DNA of 64,000 nucleotides from the human T2T-CHM13v2.0 reference genome, Homo sapiens, in assembly GCF_009914755.1 (NCBI RefSeq), contig NC_060947.1. The stretch is one strand, 5' to 3'. Under the pieces are notes generated by a model. That model did no database searches, was not told the DNA's origin, and saw only the letters and a list, made by a program, of their open reading frames with translations. Within the stretch, counting starts at the first letter, position 1, and each line of letters opens with the position of its first letter. Below are positions 1 to 15,502 of this stretch, piece after piece. The position numbers and the translations under genes are program-made.

Positions 1-780
1 TCACCGCACTCCCCCACCCCACCCTTGCCTGGCGCCCAACTCCACCCCATGTCTCCTGCTGGATTCCTTCCCATCCCCCTCTCCATTCTGGCGCCCACTA
101 ATGGCCTTGCCCTGCCTGGCGTCCACCGCCGGGGATCGCGGGCCTCACGTGCCCAAATCGGACACCTCGCTGCTGCCTCCGCTACGAGCCTGTGGCGAAG
201 GAGGGTCAGCAGGCGACCGGCCGAGTGAATGCTTGCAAGAGCGGGGAGGGTAGGATCCGTAGATGAGGAGCGTGTCTAGGAGGGCGGCGAGACAGGCAAA
301 GAGGAAGGCAGCGGCGTCCCCACCGCTTGGCTCGCTAGCCCTCCGCCTCCCTGCTGGCGGTGGCGGCCCCTCAGCCACATCGGTATTCCACCAGTCCCTG
401 CTGTCGCCGCGGCAGTCTCCTCCCTCTTTCCGTAGCGCAGCTTCCTGCCCAGAGAGAGGCCTCCTCTTCCTGTCAAACACCCGGCTCTCCTCTCCACCAG
501 GCTCCCACGCCCACCACACAGCCTGTAGCCCCGGCGGAGCTATGGGCTCTGACTCCGCCTCTTTCCAAATCCGGAGTAGTTCGTGCCACAGTCGTCCTCG
601 GAACCCTGTGGCCCCTTCCTCACCCGTTTCAGGGCCACTTGGTTCCCACCTCCACCTTCTTAGTCTGCCTGCCCTGCTTTCCATCTTCTTGGAATTCGCC
701 TTGCTGCCGCCCCGCGCCCACCCCCGCGCCCACCCCTGCCCCTGCACCGTCCCATGCCCTTATGGATTTATTCTTTACAC
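1..780 (-). promoter_or_regulatory. SPIN2B: CpG-rich promoter / 5' non-coding exon / start of intron 1 of the tandem spindlin paralog (SPIN2B); its CDS lies left of the window
   Basis: Positions 2-~250 are nearly identical to 15970-~16220 (offset 15968; ORFs 25..228 and 15993..16196 almost match). High CpG density, GC-box repeats ccccgcgccca x2 at ~710-731, candidate minus-strand donor CAC|GTGAGG at 148. Gene name from recalled locus order. Confidence 0.8.
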
Positions 781-1861
781 GTAAATATGTCTTTCCTCTT
801 TTTGAAAGGATTTGGAGTTGGAACAGAGAAATTCACTATGGTAAGTCTGCCATTTTGACCCAGTCTCTACCTAATTTTTGCTGACTGATATTTCCTGGCA
901 TTTTTGTTTTTGTTTTCGAGGGATTTTTTTTTCCTTTTCTTTATTGCAAGATAATTGCATGTACAACGTGAACACTATCTACATTTTAGGAAATTAATAT
1001 TAAGAGGAAAATCATCAACTGCAGTCCCATCTCCCATTTTTGAGGGCCTCACAGCAAAATATTAATGCTCATAGTTTTTTTTCCTTTTTCCTAAACTTTT
1101 GCAAAACTGGGATTTGTTTTTTATCTGCAATTCATGTCTATTAATTTTTCCAGGAAATTAGATGTTTTCTAATCGATTTTTTCATTCAACAAATATTTAT
1201 TGAGCACCTGTTACATATCTTGCACTTGGTCCGTAAAACTCAATTTTAAAGTGATTTATAATTTGGCTTTTCTCCCAGTACTGGGCATTTGACATAATAT
1301 TTCCACAATAACCAGTAATCAGATCTATGTATCAGAATAGAAAGCTTTGCAAAAAAATAACTTTATAAGAAATAATTAAAGTTATAGTTTTATAAATCAG
1401 TGGAGAAACGTTGGGTATTCTTTAAGGAATGTTGAAATAATTATTTAAATATTTTGAGAAAGGTTGTATACTAATGTTGTACCAGTATCAATATTTGATT
1501 TATTAAAAGGTAAAAAGCAGCAAAATAAAATTGAACAGAAAGCAAATGAACCAACCAAAAACTCTGTAAACAAAACAATGCTTAATGGTATCTTTCTTAT
1601 TCAGATACTTATGGTATTTGAATGAGGGGATGAGTCGGATGTTAACAGAACAACTACACTTAATAAAATAACATCTACAAGGAAAAATAGAAGTAATAAT
1701 AATCTCGATTCAACAGTCAAAGTATGAAAGAACATTAAAATATTACTTAATGTCATTGATCATGAAAAAGCTTCATATCTAGTGCTGATGCAAGTGAAAG
1801 TTTATACAATTTTTATGGAAAGCAATTTGCAGATATGTCATAGTTTCAGTGAGGGCTTTTT

Positions 1862-4227
<2,366 letters not shown>

Positions 4228-5189
4228 TCAGTGAGGGCTTTTTTAAAGCTGTGGTTAACTGTTACTCCTAAGATTTCAACCCTGGAATTTCAATGAAAAG
4301 TAAGGGGTTGGGGGGTTACCAAGGTTCTGAACTCCAGATTCTGTATTCATGTATTTAACAAGCAGTCACAAGTTCTGCTGAGCATCAAAGTCTTTCAGTG
4401 GTTCCCTCTAGAATGGGTAAACTTTGCCAGTAGAAAAACATCCACCAAATGCCCTGTTTGCCTCTTGGACCTGTTCTCCTCCTATCTCAGCTAGGTAATT
4501 ATTTCGTATTTCTCAGCTTTTAGATGCCATTGAGAGTGGATTTTCTTTTTTACTATATTTGTTCAGATTTAGTTAATTTGTTCAGATTTCAGGGAAAGTT
4601 GTTTTGAATTGTTTAGTCTCCTATTACTGAAATCTCAAACCCTATTTTTTATTATAAAATGCATGTGTTCATCATTAGGTTGTATACATTAAATAGGTAC
4701 AGCTTTGTGTATGTAAATCATACCTCAGTAGTGGTTTGAAAAAGAAAAAAATGTGTTTAACTATTTGTAATGACTTCAAACTACAAAACACCTACATTTC
4801 CATCAGCAGTATATTGTATATGTTGGGGTATATTCATACATTGGAATATCATGCAGTAGTGAGAATGTTCAAGCTACAACTACATGCAAAAACATAAATG
4901 AATCTCTGAAATATGTTTAAAAAAGAGGCCAGACAACAAAGGGGCACACATTATTCTATTCAATTTATTTGAAGTTCAAAAACAATCATTAACTAATCTG
5001 TTGTCTAAAAAGTTAAGGTAGCAGTTATTCTTGCAAAGATATTTTCCAAATAGACAACAATTCATACTCTATCAGTAGTTGGCCAAAGTAAAAATTAGAG
5101 AGATCTTTGGACATGTATGTATGGCTAGAAAGGTTTATATAGATGCTGAGCTGCAAAATATATTTAACTGTAATAGACATCAATTGATA

Positions 5190-6005
5190 CTGCAGCCTAG
5201 CATCTTATCACCATTCTTCTGGTAATAGTGCCACAGTTTTCCTCTTGGGAACAACATAAGCCTGACTTTTCAGAGTATGGAATTACTGTTACAATGATTA
5301 GTTTAGGAATAAGCATTCAACCTAGTCAGAGCCAATGAGACTCAAACTGCTATGCATGAGGCATTTTCCGTTGGAGGAGAGTGAACCTGAAAGGATATGA
5401 GGATTAAGCTGCTGTATTCAGCTTACTATCATCAATAGACTGAGAATGAAGGCACCCCAAAGAAGAGAATGGAGCCAGGCTATGCAAAAAGAGGGAGACT
5501 GTCCTAGTGACACATTTTGTACATGTAGGTGGTCATGGCCACTGACTGACTTTTGAATATTCATCTCACTTTAAAAGGTTAGTCTAAGCTAGTCATGGTG
5601 ATGCCATTCTTCCTGCAAGTGATTGATTTGGCACTGGGCATGTGATCTAATCCTGGTCAATTAAGCATCATAGTATGTCTGCTGGAAGACTTCTGAAAAA
5701 AAAATCTTTACTCTTAAGAAAGAGAAGCAGGAAATAATGTTACCTTTTCTTTTTTAGGATGATGCTATATCTTTATATGACCTTTGGAATATCTGTAATC
5801 ATCCTGAGGGCAATACTTATGTAATGAAGATGGAAGAAGAGAGAATATGAATACTCCGTGCACTTTGATCTTATCGTTTAGCTGCTGATCATACCATCCC
5901 TGGAGTCCTACTTCTGACTCCAAGTTATGAGGTAACAAATTTCTTTATAGTTAAAGCAATTTGATTCTGGGTTTTCTGTTACTTGCAGTTGAAGGCATCT
6001 TAAAT
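5190..6005 (+). mobile_element. Degenerate MaLR (MLT1-type) LTR fragment(s)
   Basis: Ends in the typical MLT1 terminus gggttttctgttacttgcagttgaaggcatct. Boundaries approximate. Confidence 0.5.
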
Positions 6006-7594
6006 GGCTTAGCGTTCCCAGACTTAAATGATATAGTATCCCTAGACAATACCGTTATACTTTTAAGTTATATGAAACAATACATTCTCAGGCACTCATT
6101 CATACAACCAGCTCCCATATCAGGAAATGGGACCTTACTTCCAGACTTAAAAAATCCAGTATTCAGTTGCAGATAAGGAATAAGGAGCTATCTAAAAAAC
6201 AAGCATGAGGTAAAAAGGCATCATTCTAATTTGCACTATAAGAAAAAATATACCAGGATTAGCAAATAACTCCCTAAATAAATGCTGTCAGCAAAGTGAT
6301 GAGCCTCTTATATTTTCCTCATAGGAAGAGGTAGGCTTCCGGACTCCAGTCTCTCCACCTCACATCTATTTTCCATATACTTTAGATTTCTTTGTCTTAA
6401 GGAGGTGATCCTGATATTCAATCTTATGAGAATAAAAAATAACATTCTAATCACTTATTTTTTAAATGTCATGCATTAATATTAGTTAAGACCATCTTTC
6501 AAAATTACCAAAAATTAGTATGGTTTACTGCAATCTTTATGACAATGAAAAGATCTATAATGAATGAAATAGACCTTTCTCTATCTCATTTCCTTTTTCT
6601 CCTTGCCACCTCTCAGGATGTCCCAGTGTTCTCACGTTCCACCTTCAATCACACTTAACCAATGTTAAATCCCTGGTATGTATTCTTCCAAACCATTTTC
6701 TATGTTATTACAACAATATATAAATATAAACGTAAATATAGGAATTTGGAAGTCCTTCTCACTTTTTAACGTAAGTGGGATCATACTCTTTACATTTGTG
6801 TGCAATGACACATCTATATATATTTCTAAAACATCTTCTTTATAATTGTATAATATTTCAAATGATACATAAACACAATGTATTCAAAAGTTCTGGTATT
6901 GATAGACATTCAAGATTTTCCCCCAGCTATTTTTGCTATTTCAAACAATGCTGTGATAACAAGTGAATGCAATCCAATTGTGACATTTCTCATTCCATCT
7001 ATTTTGAGGGTTGATGGTGCCTATTTTGCTGATGAGGTAGGTATCTTTGTCTTTTCTCAATGTTGCCATATTCTTCCTTCTTAACGTTACCCGTGCTGAT
7101 GTAAAAGAACCTTTCCAGATAAAGAAGACTCTCTTTTATTTAAGAATATATATGTGCTTTGTCTGGCCTTCCCCCAGTATTCATAAATTTTTAGCAATCT
7201 TCCAAGAAGTTATTGAATCAAAAAGAAAAATTTAAAAAATTAACAACAGAGAACCTGAGAAATGATAGCAATGAGGACACAACATATTAAAATGTGCCAG
7301 TTACAGCCAGCACTCTATTCAAAGACAAATGTATAGTAATGACTATTTCCCTTAAAAATTAGCTAGAAATTATCATCATAGATAGTCATGGAAACTTAAA
7401 GGAAATAACTAAAATATGCAGAGACTGATGAAGTGAAATAACAGAAAATTAGTAGACTATATAGCAAAACCTATGTCTAAGTTTTGTGAAAAAATAAAAC
7501 AATAGGAAAGAAAACTGGCAATACAGGAAAAAGGACCAACAAATGCAAAGGGGATTTATAATAGGTTATTTGAAAATATAAAATTGTCATGCAA

Positions 7595-9190
7595 TAATTC
7601 ACTTACTAAACAAGTATTTATAGAGTGTCTCCTATGTTCCAGACCCTTTCCTAGCACTACAATACTAGAATGAATTAGATAGACAAGATTCCTGCATTCA
7701 AAGTTTATATTCTAGTGGAGTAAGACAGAAAATAAAGAAACCATCTAAAAGACAAGTTCACATAGTGATAAGTACTGCAGAGCAAGAAAAACCAAGGTTA
7801 TGGGGTAGAAGGAGAGAATCTCTGAACAGGTGATATTTGAGTTAAGACCTGAATATGAGAAGCAACCAGTTATGAAAAGTTATGAAAAGCTCTGGGAGTA
7901 AGAAATAACTCTAGCATAAAGACTTTGAAGTGGAAACAAGCTTCTTGCCTTTGAGAATAGAAAAATGTTAGTATGGCTGTAATATATAGTGAAAACAGAG
8001 ACCATATTTGAATCAGAAAAGAGTGAGATCAGATAGAGCACTGCTTCTTCATTCTTATTTCATTATTGTCCCCTCCCCACTAGATGACTTTATAAGGATT
8101 TTTTTCTTTTTCCTAATTGTCCCCTCATGAAATTTGAATACCAATGATGTACTGTATGATCTAGTCAATAAATGCATGTATATCTGTACTTTATACATAA
8201 TCAACCTGTATGCAGGATGAAGTATGAATAAAATTTGAAGGTAGTAGTTAAATTAAAAATTAGAAAGCTAGCAATATCTAACTTAACTGTATAACTGTAT
8301 TTGCTAAGTGACTTTTAATGGAATTTATTTACTTACATAAATTATAATGAGTCAACTTATGTATGCAAATTGGCAATTTATGTAAATACATAATAGTAAT
8401 GTAATCACATTTAAAAAATTATTCACAACATTTTTCTAGCAAAGGTGAAACAATGGAAAACATTAAATTAATTTCTTCAAAGTTATTTTTGTGAATTTAA
8501 CTTTTCACTTTTCCTTCATATGACAAAATCAGTTGTAACTAGCAGCTAGATATTCATACATTATCATTTTTTCTTTTTAGTACTTGACATAAATAATGAT
8601 GGGTTAAATAACTTCTGTAAAGTTAAATATTAACTACTTTTATTTAATTTTCAAAGCCCAAGTCACACACAAGACACCGAGGATCAAACATAGTCAGTCA
8701 GTGGCAGCCAGTAGGTACACAAAGGCCACTTCTTGACATATGACTTCAAGAATGATCAATAGATTGAAAAGTCCTACAATCAAAGTCATCTATTTGCTAT
8801 GATTTTGTAGTGCTGGTCTTGCATACATTTCATGTATCTTCCATGAGCTCAATGGCAATGCTTCTGTAATATCCAAGAAAACAAGAGTGATTTAAGTTCT
8901 AAAGTATAAGATTTTATCAAATACAGTTGAGCTTTGGAGGACACAAATCATTGTAAAACTTCATATCATTCCACCTCTCACACCAACAATCATATTTCCC
9001 CCTTTTGGGGGCAATATCATCCTGTTTGAGAATGCATGATCTAGCGCATGCAGAATAAGGCATGAAGATTGTTTTGTATATCATCTGCAATAAGAAGCCT
9101 TTGGAACATTCTAAGCAGGAGGGCGGCATTATCTGGTTTACATTTTTAAAAGATAGTTCGGGCTATTGTATGGAGAGTTGAAAGGCAGGT
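7595..9190 (-). mobile_element. L2 3' end, split by a hAT-Charlie insertion
   Basis: L2-like tail (cacttactaaacaagtatttatagag...tttatattctagtggag) at ~7600-8030, resuming at ~9050-9190. Confidence 0.6.
8039..9038. mobile_element. hAT/Charlie-type DNA transposon relic
   Basis: Degenerate inverted termini cactgcttcttca... / ...ttgagaatgcatg. Flanks agatagag / atctagcg resemble the NTCTAGAN 8-bp Charlie target. Interrupts an L2. Confidence 0.55.
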
Positions 9191-9952
9191 GAGAAGATTT
9201 TAGTTTCCAACAGTCAAATTTATTGAACTTAAGGCCTTATCTTCTTTTTAAAATCCTTTAGTTACTGAAACAGCACCCCTCTCCTTCCATGTTGCCAAAG
9301 CATCAGGTTATGTGCTTACTACTGTTGTTTGCAGTTCTCTCTTAATTGTTGATCCCTGTGGACTTCCCTCACACTATTAAAAGCTCAGCTATACATTTAA
9401 AAGGAGGTCTGTCATATTTTATTCAACATTTTAAAGTTTAGTGATTTTTAGTTAAAGAGTTTTCATGTGCCCACTGTTTAGTGTCTTTTAAACTAGTGGT
9501 TTTACTTAGCCACTCCTGTGGTCAATCAGTGGTATAGTTTACTTCCTTCAAGACAGAGGCAAGAAGATTTTAGGGGAGTCAGTGGAATCATGCTCTCACT
9601 TTGTGAGGCCCCTCTTTAATATGTGCTATTACTTATTTAAACAAGCGAGCTCAGCAGCTCATAGTTTATCTCAGATGCCTCCAAAATTGATTTTTAAAAG
9701 GACATTAAAGCCACACTGAAAATATCTAACCTCTAACTACAATACATTGCAAATTATTCTCAGGTATATTGTACAACATATTAACTGCATAAAATTAAAA
9801 AATTCCATTTTGTTTCTATGAAGTACTGTGTATAGCATTTGCCAAATAGCACCCTAATTCCCCTGGCTGCATATCTCTCAAAGACTTTTCTAATTGGTGA
9901 GTGTGAGAGGAGTTGGACATGTGAAAAACCGTTTATCTCTTGGGCCTATTTC

Positions 9953-10258
<306 letters not shown>

Positions 10259-11459
10259 GGGTCTATTTCTTTTGGACAGAATAGGCACTCTAATTCATTC
10301 TCAAACACAGGATAAGCTTTATGGCCGTACCAGAGATGTCCATAGTTATCCAGTTATGCTTGTGTTTGGGTGAAATATTAGGAAGTCCTTGAAGCCCCCT
10401 ATCTAGCCATGTCCTCCAGTTCAGCTTTTATTAAATACAAAGGGGATATTTTGACTTCCAGTTGTGTCATTATGGTGCTGTTCTCTCAAATGGTTACAAA
10501 CTTGCAAAGAGTAAAGAAGACTTTTCATTCTTAGTCCTCTGAGCCATTAACTGTAACATAACTGTAAAGTTATCTTGAGATGTGGTACAATTTCAATCTG
10601 AAAGAGAAAGCAAAAATATTACAGATATGCTTGAACCAATCATTACTTACCAAAAATAAATATAGGAAATGAGTTATTAGGGAATGTACTGTAATCTCTG
10701 AGAGGAAAAAAAAACTTTTGAATTCCACAGTGTCAACTTCTATGTCCAGTAGTGACCTAAGGAAAAGAGTTGGAGGATTCTGACCATATCTCTTTAACTG
10801 TGATGAGTGCACAGACCAAGACTGATCAATTGTGTGAGTGTGATCCCATCACTGATCATTAATATGAAACTCTCTTACATTTTAACTCATGTATCCTCAG
10901 GACCAATAATATCACATGGGCTTGGGGAACAGGAAATGGGACGTGATATACGTAATGAATTTTGAACAAATCTACTGCAGTATAAACATCTGTCCTTTAT
11001 CCAAACAGAATACAGGTTTAAACTCTGTCTGAATACTAAGAACTTTTGAACAGCCATACATTAAATTTTTCACTAACGGTTTTAAATCAGTGACAAACTC
11101 CCTTTGGGGTACCTGTTGGCCCATTGCCAAAATAACATATCAGTGGTTTCCGATATAATGGCTATGAGAGTTATCCAGAGCGGGGAGGCCGATAACAACC
11201 ATTTATCAGTGAATTTCTGGGTCAGTTTCTCATTTTCTAGAGATCACTTCATTAATATTCTATACCCAATCTAGGCGTTGAGTATAGAGCCCAACTCTGT
11301 CATCTATGGTTTTCACTGGGAATTGTTTTCTCTTAAGAAAATCTTCAAAGGAAGACCAGAAAACGTGGTGTAGTCCTTGACTCATATTTATCTTCCACTG
11401 CACAGCGTTATCAAATAGGAAAACATGCAGCGTGTACCTGAAAACAGCCAGATCCAACT

Positions 11460-12235
11460 AATTTTCACCACGTCTACTACCACCAGGATGGTGAAATCAC
11501 CACCATTATCTGTTACTTACATAATTGGAATAGCCTACTAATTATTCTCCCTTTATTCATCATATACGAATAAAAACTATTCTCCAAGTTGTCAGAGTGA
11601 TCCTGTAAAACTAAGACAAACCTTGTCTCCCCTCCATTATTAATACGTGGATGGCTTTCCATCACATACAGTGTAAAAGCCAAATTGCATTTTGAAACCT
11701 ACAGGGCTATAAGCTGCCTCTCCCTCATCCCCATTACCTCTCTGAAACCACCTTTTGCTTTTCTCTGCCTTGTTCACTCAGCTCCAGTCATGATAACATC
11801 CTCCTTGCTCCTCAAACATGCCAGGCCTAAACCTGTCTTGGGGCCTCAGCACATGCTGTCCCTCCATCTGGAATGCTCCTTCCCCAGACAGCTACAGGGT
11901 CAGTTCTCCCATTGCCTTCAGGGGAGACTCAAAAGCCAAGTTCTCAGTGAGGCCTTCCCTGGATACCTTGTCTATCTAGTTTCAGCTTCCCTCCTGAAAT
12001 TTTCTATCCCAATTCCTTGCTTTATGTTTTTCTATTTAACACTAGACACTATGAAAATACATTATAATTGCTTATTTATTTTGGCTACTGTCTGTCCCCC
12101 ACACTAAAATGAAACCTCCATGAGGGTAAGAATTTTAGTTTGCTTCTTTCATTCATGATTACATCATCAGTATCTGTGCCTAGAAGAGTGCCGGGCAGAG
12201 AGCCCACCTGAAGTAAGTATTTGTGGGGTAAAGAT
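11460..12235 (+). mobile_element. L2 3' portion
   Basis: Typical L2 3' motifs (ccctccatctggaatgct...agtgaggccttccctg...cctagaagagtgccgggcagagag...gtatttgt). Confidence 0.65.
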
Positions 12236-13954
12236 AAAACAAGTAAATTAAAAAGCAAATGGGATCAAAGCAAGTCAAAGGGGCAGTTTTTCCAGGGTGT
12301 GGCCCCAGTTACAAGTGCAAACGCTTCCAGGGAATGACTGTGCCTTTTATTAGAGTAAAGCAGGCCAGCTGGGGGTGTGGCCAACTGGAGAGGGTATTCG
12401 GAGTCTAAACTGGACTGAGACCTACCTAAGGCCCAGCTGCATGTATCCTTTTTGGAATGAGGGCCCTAATCCTCACGTTTTTGTTTTTGTTGTTGTTGTC
12501 ATTCTGTTTCAATTTCAGGAGATACCAGAGACATAAATTTTCATCGTGTGAAATCTCTCAAATGTCTAAAGTACCTAATTAAAAATAGAAAATAATGAAA
12601 ACACAAAGATGAAAAAAACCTGGCAGCTGTCTGAGATTGGTCCCTGGGCAGCCAGCTGGTATTTGTTGGACTGAATTGTGTGATGTATACAAGAAAATTA
12701 ATCCCTGCTACGGTGAAGTAGGCTTGCCTTGTGTAATTCTTGAGGCAGTCAGCCTCAGGCCATGTTGGGTGGAGAGAATAAACTCTATTTACCACCTTCT
12801 TTCAACTCCTGGCAGCTCCTTGCATCTCCCACTATGCATGGAGTTACGGTAACCTGGGCAGCAGGGCGTCACCAGCACTCTTTCTTTGGTGTCAGAGGTA
12901 TAATTTAGTGAAGGGTGAAGTTGCAGAAACTAGTGGGCGGGTTTTCAGATGGGCTATAGGAGAAAGACTGGGGAAAGGCAAGGAGGGGAGAAAGAGAAAG
13001 ACACAGATCTATCTTTGCATCAGACACCATAGTTTTGAGGGACTTTTTGTGGGTTGCTGCTCCCTCTCCCCACCAGCCTTGACCCTTTTTTGTGACATTA
13101 TACAGCTGAATGAGTTAGTTATACCAAGTCAAAACCCCCAGCCCAACTGCCCCATGGCATCTGCCTCACCTGGAAACAAAGAGCTGACCAGAATTCCATC
13201 ACAGGTCTCTGTGAGCTGGGGTAGGCAAGACTGGCCAACAGGTGCCTGTGAGGGGTCTGCAGACACCAGCTTTGTGGGGAAGGTCTAACCAGAATGTGGC
13301 TTCTTGGGACAGCAGGTTTCTTTTAGTGGATCGTTGGTCGGAGCCACCTATGGTTTCAGGCAGCTGCTAAAAGAAGCATGGACAGGCAAGTACTCCCCAT
13401 ACCCTCGAGAGAAACACTAGGCTCAGTCCTCTGATGCCCCTCATCTCTAGATAGAAAACAAACATTCCAGCAGAAGGAATAGGAGTGATGAGACTGCTGT
13501 ACCTGAGTTCAGTAAGATTTCATTTTTTCTGGATAAAGTACTTTCCAAATGCAAGATGGCACATCTCTTAAGTTCTGAGAGCCCCACTAACCCATCCTCT
13601 ACCAAGATTGCTTATCTAGCGCAGGACAAATGTGAGGAGGCAGCCCACAGCCCAGCACATGTGGGGCACCATGTTAGCGTGTTTAGGCTGAGCATTGGGT
13701 TTCTGCTGGACAAGTGTGTCATTAACTCCCTGAAACAGGAAAAGCCTTATGGGCATAAACTTGGCTCCTGATTAACTTGACTGAGTCATTCCTGTCAACA
13801 TGCTCTTCTAGTGAACCTCCAATGCATCTGGCATCTTTGACAGTTGCCACTTCCTTTGTGCATAGAGCCAGGAAGAGCAATGTGGACACTACCAGAAGTC
13901 CAACATTTTCCTGGGCCTTCCGATCTCTCATGGGCCCCATACCCCACAACTCTT

Positions 13955-14370
13955 TTCCTGTATTCTCACTCCCTCTGTCAGTCTTTCTTCTTTGAATTCC
14001 TCCTTCCTCAGTGGCCCTCTTCTAATCCCTCCAACACCCTAACCCACATAGCCTCTTCCTTTGTGTATCCTTTAGCCTCTCCCAGATCCCTGTCAGGTTG
14101 ATCCTTCTCCACCTTACTCTGGACCCTCTTCTAAGCTTCTTTGTGTTCCTCTCTACTCAGTTTATTCTATTTTCCTCTAAGCCCCAAGATCTCACTCTCC
14201 CTCTGTTAGTCTTCCTTCTGAGTTGGATGTTTCCTTCTCATAGGTCATCCCCTCCCCCAAGGAGCCCCTCCCTTTCTGGCCCTTTTCCACCTCTTCCTAA
14301 GCAGTCACCTCCTCCTCTCTCCCCAAGACAGCCAATCTCTTGTTCCTTCCCCTGCCCCCTCCAGACCAGA
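13955..14370. repeat. CT-rich (polypyrimidine/polypurine) low-complexity tract just beyond the SPIN2A poly(A) signal
   Basis: Strong C/T skew on the + strand across about 400 bp. Confidence 0.6.
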
Positions 14371-14422
14371 CCAGCTAAATCCAGTGCCATTTTTAAATGA
14401 CTGATTATGATTCTAGCTGAAC

Positions 14423-14428
14423 TTTATT
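14423..14428 (-). terminator. Candidate polyadenylation signal AATAAA of SPIN2A
   Basis: tttatt on + about 270 nt downstream of the stop codon; a second copy lies at 14161-14166. Confidence 0.65.
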
Positions 14429-14694
14429 CACAGCCGAAATTGACAGCTGTTCGTTCCTTCCATGCCCCATCTACCAAACACACCCGAACTTTTCAACAAG
14501 ACAAAGGGCTTACAGACAGCATGTCATGTATTCACAAATTTGTATTTTTTAGAGCAAAACAACAGTTAATGCTGGCAAAGATGTTTAGTTATCAGGGATT
14601 CCATAAGCTTTCAGTACACTGAAAGGCAACATTTTTTGCATGTCTACAAATTATACATTTGTTTCCACACATGTGCCAAATTTTACCCTAACAG

Positions 14695-15471
14695 TTAGGA
14701 CTTTTTCACCAAATCGTAGACATAGATATGGAAATCATCATCAAACTTGATGAAATACACAGAGGGTTTGGTTTCCACTTGGTGAATGACCATGCCGATC
14801 CTTTTGGAGCCATCTTCTTTGGTATATTCCACATGCTTACCTATTAGGCCATCTACAACTCCTCCTGGCTCCCTCTCTGTTGGAGGAGACTCACTGGATT
14901 CTGGCATGATGCGGAGGTCACCTTCCTTATAATCATCTAGAAGCTGGTACATGTACAAGACAGGATCTTTCTCATAGGTAATATAAAACCAGGCTTTCAT
15001 GATAGGTGCTTGAGCTAAGACCATCCCCCTCCATTCATCCTTAGAACCATGCTCTCCCTCAAACATGTGTTCCACTGCTTTGCCAATTATGGTATTTGCA
15101 AGGTTGGCATCACTAATGTGAGATGATGCCACCCTGTCAGAAAGAATTTTAAGAGACAAAACCCTTTCATCTCTGTGAAGTTCCAGTCCATAGACACAGT
15201 CAATTCCATCATATTTCACCAGATAAAGAGAGGGATTTATAGGCACCTGATCCAGAACGGTTCCTTTCCACTGCGTGATGGGCTCATCTCCTTCCTTCCA
15301 TCCATGAGAAATTCTGCAGCCCACGATGTTCCTGCAGGGTTGGGATGAAGGTCTGCCTCTCTGCTTCTTTTGGGAGACTTTTTTCTTTGTCATGTTTGCA
15401 GACCCAGTGGCCCGTCCTGCAGCTGCCCTGGTTTGTTGCCCTTCGGCTTCCTGTGCGTTGGGGGTCTTCAT
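14695..15471 (-). CDS. SPIN2A: Spindlin-2A, 258 aa, three Spin/Ssty Tudor-like repeats (methyl-histone reader family); intronless CDS
   Basis: [13 protein letters not shown]...YDLVKKS. Repeats start [20 protein letters not shown] and LIGKHVEYT, with aromatic-cage residues retained. The ATG at 15471 follows a splice acceptor and has G at -3. QPCRN and VETKP match my recollection of SPIN2A versus SPIN2B (QPRRN, VEAKP). Confidence 0.9.
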   Translation of the reverse strand: MKTPNAQEAEGQQTRAAAGRATGSANMTKKKVSQKKQRGRPSSQPCRNIVGCRISHGWKEGDEPITQWKGTVLDQVPINPSLYLVKYDGIDCVYGLELHRDERVLSLKILSDRVASSHISDANLANTIIGKAVEHMFEGEHGSKDEWRGMVLAQAPIMKAWFYITYEKDPVLYMYQLLDDYKEGDLRIMPESSESPPTEREPGGVVDGLIGKHVEYTKEDGSKRIGMVIHQVETKPSVYFIKFDDDFHIYVYDLVKKS

Positions 15472-15473
15472 GC

Positions 15474-15502
15474 CTGCTGGGGGAGGAGAGAGGATAGAGA
15501 GG
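15474..15502 (-). promoter_or_regulatory. 3' splice site of the 5'UTR intron: polypyrimidine tract plus tandem CAGCAG acceptor
   Basis: Minus strand reads cctctctatcctctctcctcccc-CAG-CAG-gc-ATG. Confidence 0.8.

Noticed and set aside
145-884. Overlapping 170-200 aa ORFs (145..747, 263..784, 360..884) and 15758..16405
   Set aside because: Low-complexity translations of GC-rich CpG-island DNA, and the frames are not preserved between the two paralogous copies.
11685-14622. Plus-strand ORFs of 70-140 aa (e.g. 11685..12107, 12908..13288, 14098..14400)
   Set aside because: Derived from L2 or CT-rich sequence, mostly non-ATG starts, no recognisable domains.
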